In this document: positions 37,256 through 49,600 of the stretch, in pieces
How positions within the stretch are numbered: the first letter of the stretch is position 1
How the letters are laid out: each line of letters starts with the position of its first letter
Source of the DNA: Chromera velia
Taxonomy: Eukaryota
Reading direction: 5' to 3'
DNA length: 51,214 nucleotides
Assembly: GCA_018398765.1 (NCBI GenBank)
Contig: JAHBMJ010000293.1
Coordinates: forward strand, 1 to 51,214
The notes under the pieces: model-generated
The model's database searches: none
Told to the model about the DNA's origin: nothing
What the model saw: the letters and a program-made list of their open reading frames with translations, nothing else
Program-made: the position numbers and the translations under genes

Positions 37256-37374
37256 AAGAGAGAGACAGAGACAGAGAGAGGAAAGAGAGGGGACTAGAGA
37301 GGGGAAAAAGAGAGAGACAGACAGAGACAGAGACAGAGACAGAGGAAAGAGAGAGCCTAGGAGAGAGCAAGGAG

Positions 37375-37418
<44 letters not shown>

Positions 37419-37435
37419 GAAGAGGAGAGAGAGTG
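36995..37435. repeat. Compound microsatellite tract: (CATA/CA)n, (GAAA)n, (GA)n, (GAGACA)n
   Basis: Directly visible simple repeats; they explain the spurious SL-rich ORFs here. Confidence 0.92.
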
Positions 37436-38267
37436 TGAAAGAAAACGATGGTCCCGTTCCTGGTCAGATTTGCGGAGGGTGAATTCCGGTCCCGGCATTT
37501 CCATTCGTCCCTTCGCCCCAAGCCAGAGAAAGGAGCGACGCGCATGCAGCGGCCCGTCCACATGGGGTGGCGGGGCGCTTGTGACAGAGGTGTGCATGTT
37601 GTGAGTTCCATGGTATGGCCTGCATGCACTTTGGCGTAAGAGATACATCCGAGGCACTCACCGTGGTGGTGTATGCTCCGGGGCTTCATATGAGATTTAA
37701 ATAGGCCGATGGTGCAGTTATGCCATCGGAGGCTTTAGAATTAATTCTGGTCCCGAATTAATTTCCAGACAGTCAGACAGACGTGCACGGCGGTTACCGT
37801 CCGTCTGAATGAGAGACGCGACCTAGCGATTGACAAAACTTCATGTGTAGGATCTGTACTGTACCTTATGTGTCTCTATGGTTTTCTTGTGCTCTGAGTA
37901 ATGCACGAGGCCACCAGCAGGAGCGTACTGTGGACTGTGGGGGTTCATAGATTTTCTGTCTAGTGAAGAGACTGATCAGGTATTTATTTCTGATTATCTG
38001 TATCGGTCTAGACGAGTACGTCATGGAGACGTATTTGCTGTAGTCCTCTAATAGGAGAGGGCCAGGAATTCGGGAGTATAGCAGTTTGAAGAGTCCTCTG
38101 GATAGGCTAGAGGATCGACACGGGAGGGCCCATAGGATTTCACTGGAGGAATCTTAAAAGAGGTGAGACTCTACTTTTCACTGGTGCCGTCTGAGAGAGT
38201 CTTCCGTTATCATTCCGACAACATTCCCCTTGTTGTATTCCCGATTCCCTATTGCAGGTGACTTACC

Positions 38268-39805
38268 ATGGGTCCCAAGAAGGACGCTCCCCATGGGTGC
38301 ATCGCGATCAAGGGTATGAAATATGAAGGTCCCGAAAAAACTTTTGCAAGTACCGATCCATCATGCATGCTGATTCAAATAAAAAAACCTAAATCTTGAT
38401 GGTTTGCTCTCAAAAAAAAAAACGTTTTGAGCTGTACTGAAATTGACGTTTCACCCCCTTTTATTTTATGCAGAGGTAAACCGATCAGCTGAACGTTTTC
38501 CCGAACAGCTGTGTTGACTTTTCTGGTGCTGGAACATCTTTTACGGCCCCCTTTTTGAGCGTCTGCAAACATTTACACCCCGTAAAGACATGTCATACAA
38601 TCCGACAGGGCGAACGGGAAGAAGGAGGCATTTGTTTTTAGAGCCGGGTACGCAAAAAAAATATGGTCCATGCAAAAGGGGGCAAATGTGATTCAGTGTC
38701 AGGTCTAGGTGTCAGGTGAAAATACAAGGAGCCGAGGGGGAAGGAGAAACTATTTGTGGCTGTGAGTATGCAGCAGCGGCAACCAGTTCTTTTCAAACCC
38801 ACCTCATCAATCAGCATGGCTTGACGATCACGTCTGATAAACATGTGCAGCTGCTCTAAGAAAGACAGGAGAAGTGGTCGGAGGGGGCGGGGGGGACGAA
38901 GCAGCCTGACGTGCAAACGTTTTTCCCCACCAAACATGAAGCAGAAGCCGTGGTCGCACCATATGCAAAGACGCATAAGAAGAGAATCAAGTGCGATATG
39001 CTGACCACTGACTTTCTGGCCAGTGCTGGCTGGCCTCATCTCATAGAAAACGAGGCATTGCGAAAGCTGGTCAAGGCACTGGACCCCCGCTACGATCTCC
39101 CATCTGTAGGGAAGGTGCAGAGACTTCTGCTCTCAACACTGAAGAACGACATTATTCTGTTAATCAAAGACAGGTTGAGAAAAGCAGCGACCCGACGAGT
39201 GTCGATCACCCTCGACATGTGGTCGTATTCAAAAAAGTCAGGGTTCCTGACGATCATAATCCATTGGCTGACAGAGAACTTTGAGATGGATTCAGCCTCC
39301 TTTTTAGATCCTGAGACGACAATTTACCATGGGATACCGATCGATTCGATTCACATTAAAAAAAGTGATCATGAAGAAGAGGAAAAGGAAGTACCATAAA
39401 ACTGAATGATTGTCACCTCAATTTTGGTACGTGCTCTAACTTTATCGTATCAACAAAAAGTCATATACAATTTCAAATCTATCAATTTTATGTTCTTAAT
39501 CTCTATTAGTAGTAGAGTGAGTCTCAGTGACTAGTGTATATACACTGCCACACAGGCATATTTTTTTTATGGAACTGATAAGTTATAATTTTATATATGT
39601 TTTTTAAAATTTTTGAAACACACATCAGAAATGTTCTGATAACTATTGTCATGAGAAAAATGATCAGAGTGACAGTAAGTCAGTGACTCAGTGAGGAACC
39701 CTAAGAGGTTAACCTCAAATCTTACCTCAAATATCAAATATTTGAGGTTGAAGCTCAAATCAAATCAAATCAAATCAAATATAATCAAATCAAACATGAT
39801 CACTA
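38268..39805 (+). mobile_element. Internally deleted, decayed hAT-family DNA transposon (BED finger plus N-terminal part of DDE domain)
   Basis: BED-type CGCEYAAAATSSFQTHLINQH (about 38755-38817) is in frame, past one TAA, with ORF 38911-39399: LIENEALRKLVKALDPRYDLPS...RVSITLDMWS...GFLTIIIHWLTENFEM, the hAT first catalytic Asp region. It then jumps to ASFLDP. The right end has (TCAAA)n subterminal repeats and ends ...CATGATCACTA at 39805 (TAGTGATC, hAT-like TIR). The left TIR was not found. Confidence 0.8.
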
Positions 39806-42800
39806 TGCAGGTACGTCGGTGAGGAACCCTTAAGAACTGGCGTCTGTTCCCCGGGCAGGTTTGCGGAACTGCCAAAAACTGCTTCCCGTCCCCTTCTCCA
39901 TCTTTCTCCATCTTCCTCCTCAAATGTAAGCGTTCTCTTCCTTCTGGCCAAAAGGTTTTAGAACGGTATCGTGTAGAAGTGAGACTTGCTTCCCCATTGA
40001 ACGACGAATACCAATTGTCGAGCTAAACTGGTTGTTCCACAAGCAAGGAGACAAACTATCTTTCGTGGTTGCTCTCAGGCCGTCTCCCCAGGGATCGACG
40101 GGAGTCGATGCAAAGCTGAGTTGATCTGTGAGAAGAGAACACATCGTTAAAAAAAAATACTGAAACGGAAAAAAAAAACTAACTAACTAACTAACTAACT
40201 ATATTGAACCATTAAAATTAATCAATCAGATTCAATCTTTTTTTTTTTTTATAAACCGTAGGCCTATTTTAATTTAGAGAGTTAAAGTCCGAAAGTTTCA
40301 TAGTTACGCTATGACGGGTATGTTAACTGACAATCCTAGTCCTAGATCTTATAACTTATATCAAGTTGTATGAGAAGATTCTCTAGCTAAAGTGACAGAC
40401 TTTTTTATACTAACTAAAGGTCTCAAATTAATTGTATGCAACGCTCGATGCATCGTGTCTTTCCCAGGTTTCCCTAGGTTTTCCGGCTTCTATAATTTTT
40501 AGATGGCTAGTAGATACAAATTCTGAAGAATTTCCATGCATTTCAAAACTACTTTCGATGTGTCGATCTAGATGTCGATCAGGCACTGAAACGAATGAAT
40601 GTCTCTTCTACCGCGCTCAGCGCGCGCTGGCAGGGGCGGAATCATTGTGTCTGTCTCTGAATCAATGATCGTCATTGATCGATGTCCAAACTGAAATTCG
40701 CTGTCAGCAAATTTAATTGCATCACAACGGCCGACAGAAGAGGGAATCCTGGGAAGGGACAACGATGAGGTTTGGCGGACAGGTGGAGGATGAAAATTGC
40801 AGTTTTAAACAAACGAAAAAACCAGAACGTGATGCTATGGCGATGCTCACCGAAGTGCGACACCAATTAATCCCGCACAACCTCCATGCAATCCCTCATC
40901 CAGCTTGCTGTCCCTATTCCCTCTCTGCCATTGATCTGTGCAGGTTCTCTTCTCTTGGATGGAGCGGGGGTGCATGGCCTGAAGGGTACAGGGCCCTTTC
41001 GCTCTTTCTGTCCCCCACCCCTTCCCTTTCTGCCTCCCTCCAATCAAGCCTGGCTCCATTGTCCGGACCCTCCAATGGACAGACACTCCCATCCATCCGC
41101 CCATCCATGCATATTTCAACACCGTGCATACACAAGCCAGCCAGCCAGCCAGAAAGTCAGTCAGACAAGACGATCGAATTCATGGGATCATTGTCGGCCC
41201 AAACAAACAAACGAACAAAGGACATCAAGACAAAGATCCATCCAGCGCAGCACAACACAATTCGTGACTCATGCAACAGGACCCTTGAAGGTGACCACTC
41301 TCTCGTGTTTCCTCATGTAGGACACACACAAGCAGACGAACTCAAAGGAATTGGTGCAAAGGGACGAATCATCCCGGCGTTACCCGCTCCTTCTGCAGCG
41401 TGACGCCCGCGTCCCATGTCTGCCTTCAGTGTGGCTTGAACCGACGAAGAGAGGGAAAGGAAAACAATCACACGGAAGGAGGCCAATGTTACAACAAGGC
41501 AGTAGAACTTGAAGTTGGTATAACAGCCAGACAGGAGGCACACAAAAGAAGGCAGAACACCGACCGTCTTTCCCCCCCCTCTCTCTCTCTCACCTGCTGG
41601 AGCGTTAGGCTGATCATTGCTTTTCTTCTTTCATCTTTCTTTGCTTTTGCTTTCTGTGTGCACAACACCTTCCTCAGTGAAGATGCACACAGGAAAGCAC
41701 AACAACCAGTGGCAAACAGACGGATGTCCAAGTCAGTGTTAGAGAACGATCTCTTCGCCGTCACACACATGCAGACACACACTGATTCGACATGTGGTTA
41801 TTTAAATTGAATTAGATTGTCTATGAGTACATGCAGCAGACACAAGAACGAGGGACAACGAAAGGCTGGCAAGACAAGTTGACGCATCTCTGCCTGCAAG
41901 TCTATGCATTCACACATTCAGTATCAATGCTAATATCGTTTGTTCCTGTCTCCCCCTGCCAGGCCCCCTTTTGTCGTACGAGTTTTTTCTCTCCAAGGGA
42001 TTCCCCCTCGCTGTTACGTGTTGCACAATGGAACTCAAAAAAGGACCAGAGGCACCCAGCAAGGAGATCCTTTGGGGTTAGGTAAAGAAAAAGTAAACAG
42101 AAATGAGAAGAAAAAGGATCAAGAGAGAGAGACGAACAAGACAGGCCCCTCCTTCAGTCTCCTTCTTGAATTGTTTTGAGAGACTCAGGGGGGAGAAGGA
42201 TTCCTTACAGGAAGGATACTGGAGCAAGAATTGAAAGTTTAAACCAGCATTTCAGGAAGCATTTGTAAAAAGGAGATGGTGCAAAGGTAGACCAATAAGA
42301 AAAAACAAAAAACAGGACGAAAGTAGCAAAATAAACACCCAAGCTTTCCACCCACCCACCCACCCATCCTTGGCATGCATGCAAGCAATAAGAATTCTTT
42401 CGGCTCTACTTCCTTTTATCTTCACCACACTGTCAATCATTCGATTAGTCAGTTAGTTAATTAGTGAATCACGTGGTTGGCAGGCGAGCATGAAGGTGGC
42501 AAGGAGACGAGAGGCGAGGAGAGGATCACTCACCCTCGAAGGGTCAACAAATGAGTGGGAGGGTGCATGGGGGAACGAAGGGGCTGGAAGAGACGGACAG
42601 AGACAGACAGAGGTGTGCCTCCTCTCCGATTCCTTCGCGGAGGGACGCAAGACGAGAAGAGACGAAAAAAAAGAGACGACCGGACTCAGCCACTGTCAGA
42701 GCCTTTTGGCCAGTCAAGTGAAAAACGAGGTTGAGGAAGATGGGGGGGGGATAAAATAATTTTCTTTCTTTCTTTCTCTTTGCCTTAAATTCCATCCTGT

Positions 42801-43111
42801 GCACAATCTGCATCTAGGAAAGGAAAAAGACCCCAAAGAAAATACAGAAGGGAAGCTATCGTGTCTCGCAGACATCTCCGCCCCCCCCCAACCCCTTAAT
42901 TAGAGCGAACCAGCAAGACGGCAACCCAACCATGCCAACCTTTCTCTCCCAAAGGTTCAATTGCTAAAGAGAAGTCGTCCCAAAAGAAGAAAAAGGGAAT
43001 GCCAGACGCACGCCATCCTATCTTCTCCCTCCACCAAGCAACCAAACAACCCTTCCTTCCTTCCTTCTCTGCCGTCTCGTCTCGTCTGTCTCCACCCTCC
43101 CTCCAATCAGA

Positions 43112-45901
43112 TCAGATCAAAAGCAGTCTCTGCTCCTGATCGTTCAACCCCATCGCGATTCTCTCCGTCTCTGTGGGGGACAACCCTGCCTGGATACCCC
43201 CCCAAGAGTACCCAGCCACAATCATAAACGCAAACACCACACCTCCAAACCCCTCCCCCGCACTCAGAGCAGCAGCGATCACCTGCATATACTCATCATG
43301 GCTCTTCGGCCCGCACCGCTTCCACCCTGCGGCAATACCTGCCCCCATCACCATCGCGATGCCTAGGTACGGTTGGGGAACGACAAAACCTAGACCGATG
43401 GCGTTTGCAGATGGAACGAAAACGGCGTATTTCTGGGGAAGGAATTTACGGAGAAGGGAGAGGATCACTGCCGTCCCTGCTGCTGCAACACACGCCCAGG
43501 CAGACGAGGGGGGGACGGATTTATCGAAACCGTTTGTCAACCCCTGTGCGACCCCTGCCCACGCTTTCCCTGCCGGAACAGCGAAGTCGCACGAATCGTC
43601 TGAGAATTCGAGAATACAAGGGTACGCAGAGGCAAACAGCCAGAACGCACCGACTGTGAAAAACACCCCAAACATTGCACCGCCCATCTGTGCAAAGAAG
43701 AGAGGTCTGGGGGGTGCCCTCACGAGTTGTCCTGTTTTGAAATCGGTCATCAGATCAACGGACTGACCGGCACAGGACCCTGCAACGTTACCGCTCAGGA
43801 GATTCGCAGACACGTTACCAGGTGCGACTGCAGCAAAGACCAGCTGCGTGCACTTCCCAATCACCCCCACCGGGTTGATAGAGCACTCCCCTGAGCTCTG
43901 AATTCCGATGAAGGCCAAGACGAATGCCATAAACAGAGCCAAGATCACCTGCCACCAGGCAATCTTGAAGAAGAACGACAGAACGAATACTGTGAACCCC
44001 CCACTGATGAACAGCCCGGACACCCACCAAGCTCTAGGGATTCTCTCTGACATCGGAGTCGTGTCGTCAGTTAAGTGCAGAGGTTCCTCCTCCACCTCCT
44101 CTCCCTCTCCCTCTGCTTTGTCTGCCTCCTCTCCTTCTTGTTGCTCCCCCCCAGCGCTGACCTCCTGACTGTCAGACAGATACGTGCCCATGGCAGACAG
44201 TTGGGGTCTCGAGAGGCGCTTCTTCTCTTCCTTCCCCTTCTCCTTCTCCCCCTTCACACCTCCCTCCTCTCCCTCAGCAGCCTCCTCCCCTTCCTGAGAG
44301 GGAGCGGGGGGCTGGCCAGTCGCCAGGTGGCTGTTGCGCCTGGCGGAGGAGGAGGAGGAAGAGAAGAAGCGACGCAGACCCTGCCAGGTCTCGCTGCAAA
44401 TTCCCTGCAGGCAGGCGGGCAGGTAACAGCGGAAACAAAAGCGCCGAGGAACACAAACGCAGAGACGGAGAGAGACAGAGAGTGAAAAGGCGGGCGAGAT
44501 ACCCGGGGACAGACAGATGCTCTGTGTTCCTCTGTGGGGTGCCTCAACTTCTCTGCTTCGACTTTGCCCTGTTCTCTATGGCGAACATACAAAAAAAGAG
44601 CGCGAGACGAATCGAACAAAGATGGATCGAAGAAAGTGTTCTGTTCTGAGAGCAAGGACAACTTTTTGTTTCTGCTTTCACAATTCTTTTATGACGTCAG
44701 AATGAAGTCGCTTTCTTCTACGCTCCTTTTAACACACCTGCCTGCGAATGAACAGACCAGACAGCAGTCAGACACACGAAAACACAGAAAGAAAGAGAGG
44801 CCCGAGTAGGCCTTTTTCACGTCAAGCCGCCCAACCCTCCCCGACCTGAACAGCGTGGTAGAGAACTTTGTAGTTGCAGAACAGATCTGCAAACCCGCCT
44901 ACGACCATGATGGTGATACCTGGCCAGAGGAGCCAGTACTGGGCAGAGGGGTTGTCCACGTTGAACCCAAACACGCGGGACACCTCCCCGCTGTAGTACA
45001 GGTACGGGCCCACAACGGCCCAGGCAATCAAACTCCCCAGCAGATACGAAATCGCAGCCCCTGCCCCCATGAGCATCCCAATCGAGATGAACGCGGGGGT
45101 CAGACAGATCCGCCACTTGAACAGATCTGCGTCTGCTGCCCACTGAATCCGACCGTTATCGGAAATGTACCAGAAGATGGGAATCAGGTACAATACAGGC
45201 ATCACAGCGTCTGTAAAGACCTTCCAGCAACAGGCAAGAAGGAAGACTAGAAGCATGATCTTGGCTTTTTTCATGCCCCCATGTGCCCCCTCTGCGCTCT
45301 CGAACAGCCCCTGCAGCACCTCTGCTGTGGCGATGCCTGCAGGGAAGACGAGTTTCTGCTTCTCGAGGAAATAGGACCTCAATGGAACTGCAACGAAAAT
45401 GCCAAAATAGGCAGCGGACAATGTCCACAGGAAGAAATGGGAGATGTACTTGTTCACGTTCTCGGTCAGGACGTTCAACATGAACAGAGCCGGGATCGCA
45501 CTCACAAACCCCGCACTCAGCCCCCCTGCTGCGCTCCCTGCTGTCTGCAGTGCGCATCCTTCTTTGATATTCATGGGTGCCATCCATGGAATACGACGGG
45601 AGAGGGGGGACAGAATGGCGAATCCGAAGATTGCAGCAAAGATAGAGCTGCCAAGACCCCATCCCGTTTTCAGACCGATGTACACGTTGCTGCACGTACA
45701 AATGGACCCCACCAGGCCGCCTGTGATCCATGTACGCAGACGCAAAACTCTCAATTTTTCGACCTGGTCTTTTGGGATGTCCTGCATCGGCACCTCCTCC
45801 TCGCCCTCTCCCTCTCCGGGCTGACCGCCCTTCTGGATCTGGGGGTCGCTACTGTTGTTTGCATCGATGTTAATTGGCCCTACAACACCGGCCGTTGCCA
45901 T
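43112..45901 (-). CDS. OPT-superfamily (YSL-like) oligopeptide/metal-chelate transporter, two exons, about 782 aa
   Basis: Exon 1 is 45901-44846 and exon 2 is 44404-43112, with a phase-0 GT-AG intron at 44845-44405. Motifs SNVYIGLKTGW, QTAGSAAG, VAVPLR...KLVFPAGIATAEVL, INPVGVIGKCTQLVF, DLMTDFKTGQLV...FFAQMGG, AAALSAGEG. Confidence 0.92.
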
Positions 45902-46616
45902 CTTGCCTTAGGAGAAAGTGACGGTCTAATCAATAGCTTTTCAGCCCTTTGTGCCTTTTGGTGGCACCGCGGGGTAAATTGGTGTCTGTCTGTGTCTCTC
46001 GCTCAGGGATGCAGTTGTTCGGTCGTTGAAACGTTTGACAAACAGCAGACTGATTCCTCACACACGCTCCGTGGAACCAAAAACGATCGAAGACGTCAAT
46101 TTGTTCATAGACTGACTTGATCGTTTCCTCAACCTATCGACAGTGCAGACCGAATCGGATAAAGGTCTAGAGAGCTGTGGCTACCAGACGGTTGTCAACT
46201 TAGGTCCATAAAAGGGAGACAGAGACAGATCAAAGCAGACCACAACAGGTCTACGCGATTCAACCGTTCAGTCTGAATTCAACCTAAAATTTCGTTTTCC
46301 GGGCCCGTACAATTTTAGGCTCAACCGGAGTATGGTGGGTGAGACTTTAAGTGCCCCGATATGCACTCACCCCGGATGACTGTTCCATACCTTGAACGCG
46401 GATCTTCGCGCGCGTGCGTAAATAACCAAAATTGACAAAATTGCATGCGCATCATTCGGACGACTGACCTTTCCGTCTCTTAATTAATTGAGCGATTCGG
46501 ACGAGTGTCACCATTCGGCCACAAACAGCACATGCAGCAGTGCAGTTCGGACAGAACAATCGGAAAGAACGTAGTGTGAGAGCGGCTGAGACGGGACTCA
46601 CAACCTACGGGGCAAA

Positions 46617-49600
46617 ATGAGGCTGCTGCAGCCCGGCACTAGCCTTCCAAGTGACAGCGAAGTCCACACGATCGCTGCCGACTCTTCAAAGTCTCGAGAG
46701 TTCTTTGGTGAACGAGGCATGCTTCTCGGAACAAAGGGTGACCGTCTCTGCTGTCCATCTTGCACTACGAAGATGGAGACGAACCCAAAAAACGGGATCG
46801 TCAACTACAGATGCAGGTCAGCCCTCCACCTCATTCGGTATGCTGTGTATGCCGGTGCATCGTCCTTCCAGCTCTCCATTTCGCATGTCTTCTATGTTTG
46901 CGATCTGTGCAGGAACAAAGACTGCTGCAGACAGCCCAAAGGCTTTTCGGAAAGGGCGGGAGGCTTCTTGCAGCGATCTGCGGGCGGAGTTCACCTTAGT
47001 CTTGGAACCATCATCAGGCTCGTGTACTACTTGCTCGCTGGCTGTGCTTTTGGATCCATTCTCAACATGACCAAGCGCTCTTCGCACACGGTCACGGACT
47101 ACACCCACTACGTTGAAGCAGTGAGTCGCGATCTTTGTCCGTGTCTGTTTGTGTCTGTCTCTGTCCCTGTCTGTCTGTTTGTCTGTGTCTGTCTGTGTCT
47201 GTCTATGTCTGTCTGTGTCTGTCTGTGTCTGTCTGTGTCTGTCTGTGTCTGTCTGTGTCTGTCTGTGTCTGTCTGTGTCTGTCTGTGTCTGTCTGTGTCT
47301 GTCTGTGTCTGTCTGTGTCTGTCTGTGTCTGTCTGTGTCTGTCTGTGTCTGTCTGTGTCTGTCTGTGTCTCTCTGTGTCTGTCTGTGTCTGTCTGTGTCT
47401 GTCTGTGTCTGTCTGTGTCTGTCTGTGTCTGTCTGTGTCTGTCTGTGTCTGATTGTGTCCGTCTGTGTCTGTCTGTGTCTGTCTGTGTCTGTCTGTGTCT
47501 GTCTGTGTCTGTCTGTGTCTGTCTGTGTCTGTCTGTGTCTGACTGTGTCTGACTGTGTCTGTCTGTATCTGTCTGTGTCTGTCTGTGTCTGTCTGTGTCT
47601 GTCTGTGTCTGTCTGTGTCTGTCTGTGTCTGTCTGTATCTGTCGTGTCTGTCTGTGTCTGTCTGTGTCTGTCTATCTCTTTCTGTGTCTGTCTGTGTCTG
47701 TTTGTGTCCGTCCTGACATCATCTTCGCTCTAGGATGGGCAAACGACTCGCTGTGAAAAAGGAATCGTTGATTTCAGAAAAATGAATAAGGATTCCAGAA
47801 AGCCTCATGTTTAAAAAAAAGAGCCTGAAACTGCCTAGCGATAACGTCTCCATATCTCTGTCTGTCTGTCTGTCTGTCTGTCTGTGTCTGTCTGTGTCTG
47901 TCTGTGTCTGTCTGTGTCTGTCTAGGTCTGTCTGGGTCTGTCTGGGTCTGTCTGGGTCTGTCTGGGTCTGTCTGGGTCTGTCTGGGTCTGGCTGGGTCTG
48001 GCTGGGTCTGTCGGGGTCTGTCTGGGTCTGTCTGTATCTGTCTGTGTCTGTCTGTGTCTGTCTGTGTCTGTCTGTGTCTGTCTGTGTCTGTCTGTGTCTG
48101 TTTGTGTCTGTCTGTGTCTGTCTGTGTCTGTCTGTGTCTGTCTGTGTCTGTCTGTGTCTGTCTGTGTCTGTAAATGTCTGTCTGTGTCTATCTGCCAGTG
48201 TGTCTGTCTGTGTTTCTGTACGTCTGTCTGTGTCTGTGTGTGTCTGTTTGCGTCATCTGTCGTTCTGTGTGTCTGTCTCTTTCTGTATCTGTCTGTGTCT
48301 GTCTGTGTCGGTCTTAACACCGTAATCCCTCTAGGATGGGCAAACGACTCGCTGTGAAAAAGGAATCATTAATTTCAGAAAAGAAGAAGGATTCCAGAAA
48401 GCCTCATGTTTAAAAAAAAGAGCCTGAAGCTGCCTGGCGAAATCGTCTCCGTATCGCTGTCTGTGAGTTTGGCTGCCTGTCTGTCTGTTTGCCTGTCTGC
48501 CTGTGTGTCTGTATGTCTGTGTGTCTGTCTGCCTGTGTGTCTGTCTGCCTGTTTGTTTGTCTGTTTCTCTGTCTGCCTATCTGTCTGTCTGTCTGTCTGT
48601 CTATCTATCCATCCTTGGATCTGTCAACGTGTATCTATCCTCTTGTCCGTCTGTTTGGGCGTGTCTGTCTTTCTGTTTTTGTATTGTAGGTTATGGCAGA
48701 GGACATTCTTTGGAATGGCTGGGGATCAAAATACGGAGAAGGGAAGATAGGAGGTCGGGATGAAGAGGTAGAGATGGATGAGACAAAAATGGGAGCGTGC
48801 AAAGACGGCAAAGGACATCCTGTCGAAGGCGTTTGGTGTCTTGTGGCTGTGTGCCGGAGAACAGGACGCTTCGTGGCTGAACCAGTAAAGTGCCGGTCAG
48901 TCTGATGCCCAAAATTAAATCATACACCATCCCTCGCTGAGTCCCTATCACACTGCTTTGACTTGCTGACACATTGAATTCAAACAGATAACGGGCAAAA
49001 ATAAAACTGACTTCGAATTTCTCATTGACTTGTGCAGCTGCAAGAAGACCATCAAATGGTTCCTTGATAGACACGTCGATAAGCAGAGCACGCTCATCAC
49101 TGACGGTTGGGCAGCTTACTAAGCCAAGGGCGTTGGACCAAGCTTTAAGGAACACAAATGGGTGAACCATAAAAAAGGTTAGCAAGCCTGTAGCTACATA
49201 CTGCAGCTCCAGAAACCTGCTCATTGATAAGCATCAGTCTTTTGCTGTGACCGTAAAGTACCTCTGCATACATATGTTCAATTCGGATGTTTCTGCCTTC
49301 CCTTGGTTTCTTTTGTTTTTGAATTTGCAGAGTTTGTCACAGTAGACGGAACGAACACGAACACGGTGGAAGGATTGAACTTCGGTCTGAAAAGGTGGAC
49401 AAGACGAAGAAACTGGAGGTTCGAGTCCATCATTGTTCCGCTTCTTGCTTGCGCCTGGAGGACCGCTCACCACGGCAACTTCTGGAACGCCTTTTGGAAG
49501 GCTGCGTCAGAGGTCCGCTTCCCAAGTCATCCTTATGATGACGACGGCCACTCTAGAACCATCATTGCAGACCATATGGACGTTTTGCGTAATCCCCCAG

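Noticed and set aside
36845..37657. 270-aa SL/SF-rich ORF
   Set aside because: Reading-frame artefact of (GA)n/(GAAA)n microsatellites.
40176..40201. (TAAC)n run as an interstitial telomere
   Set aside because: A short tetranucleotide microsatellite, not a TTAGGG/TTTAGGG-type repeat.
40717..42813. ORFs of 60-228 aa downstream of the OPT gene
   Set aside because: No motifs, and the region is rich in simple repeats; more likely 3' UTR, intron or intergenic sequence.
47140..48460. CRISPR-like repeat/spacer appearance
   Set aside because: The repeats are contiguous tandem decamers, the intervening units are near-identical rather than unique spacers, there are no cas genes, and the context is eukaryotic.
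47135..48763. Long ORFs of ([10 protein letters not shown])n and ([10 protein letters not shown])n
   Set aside because: They are translations of a stop-free 10-mer satellite inside an intron, not proteins.
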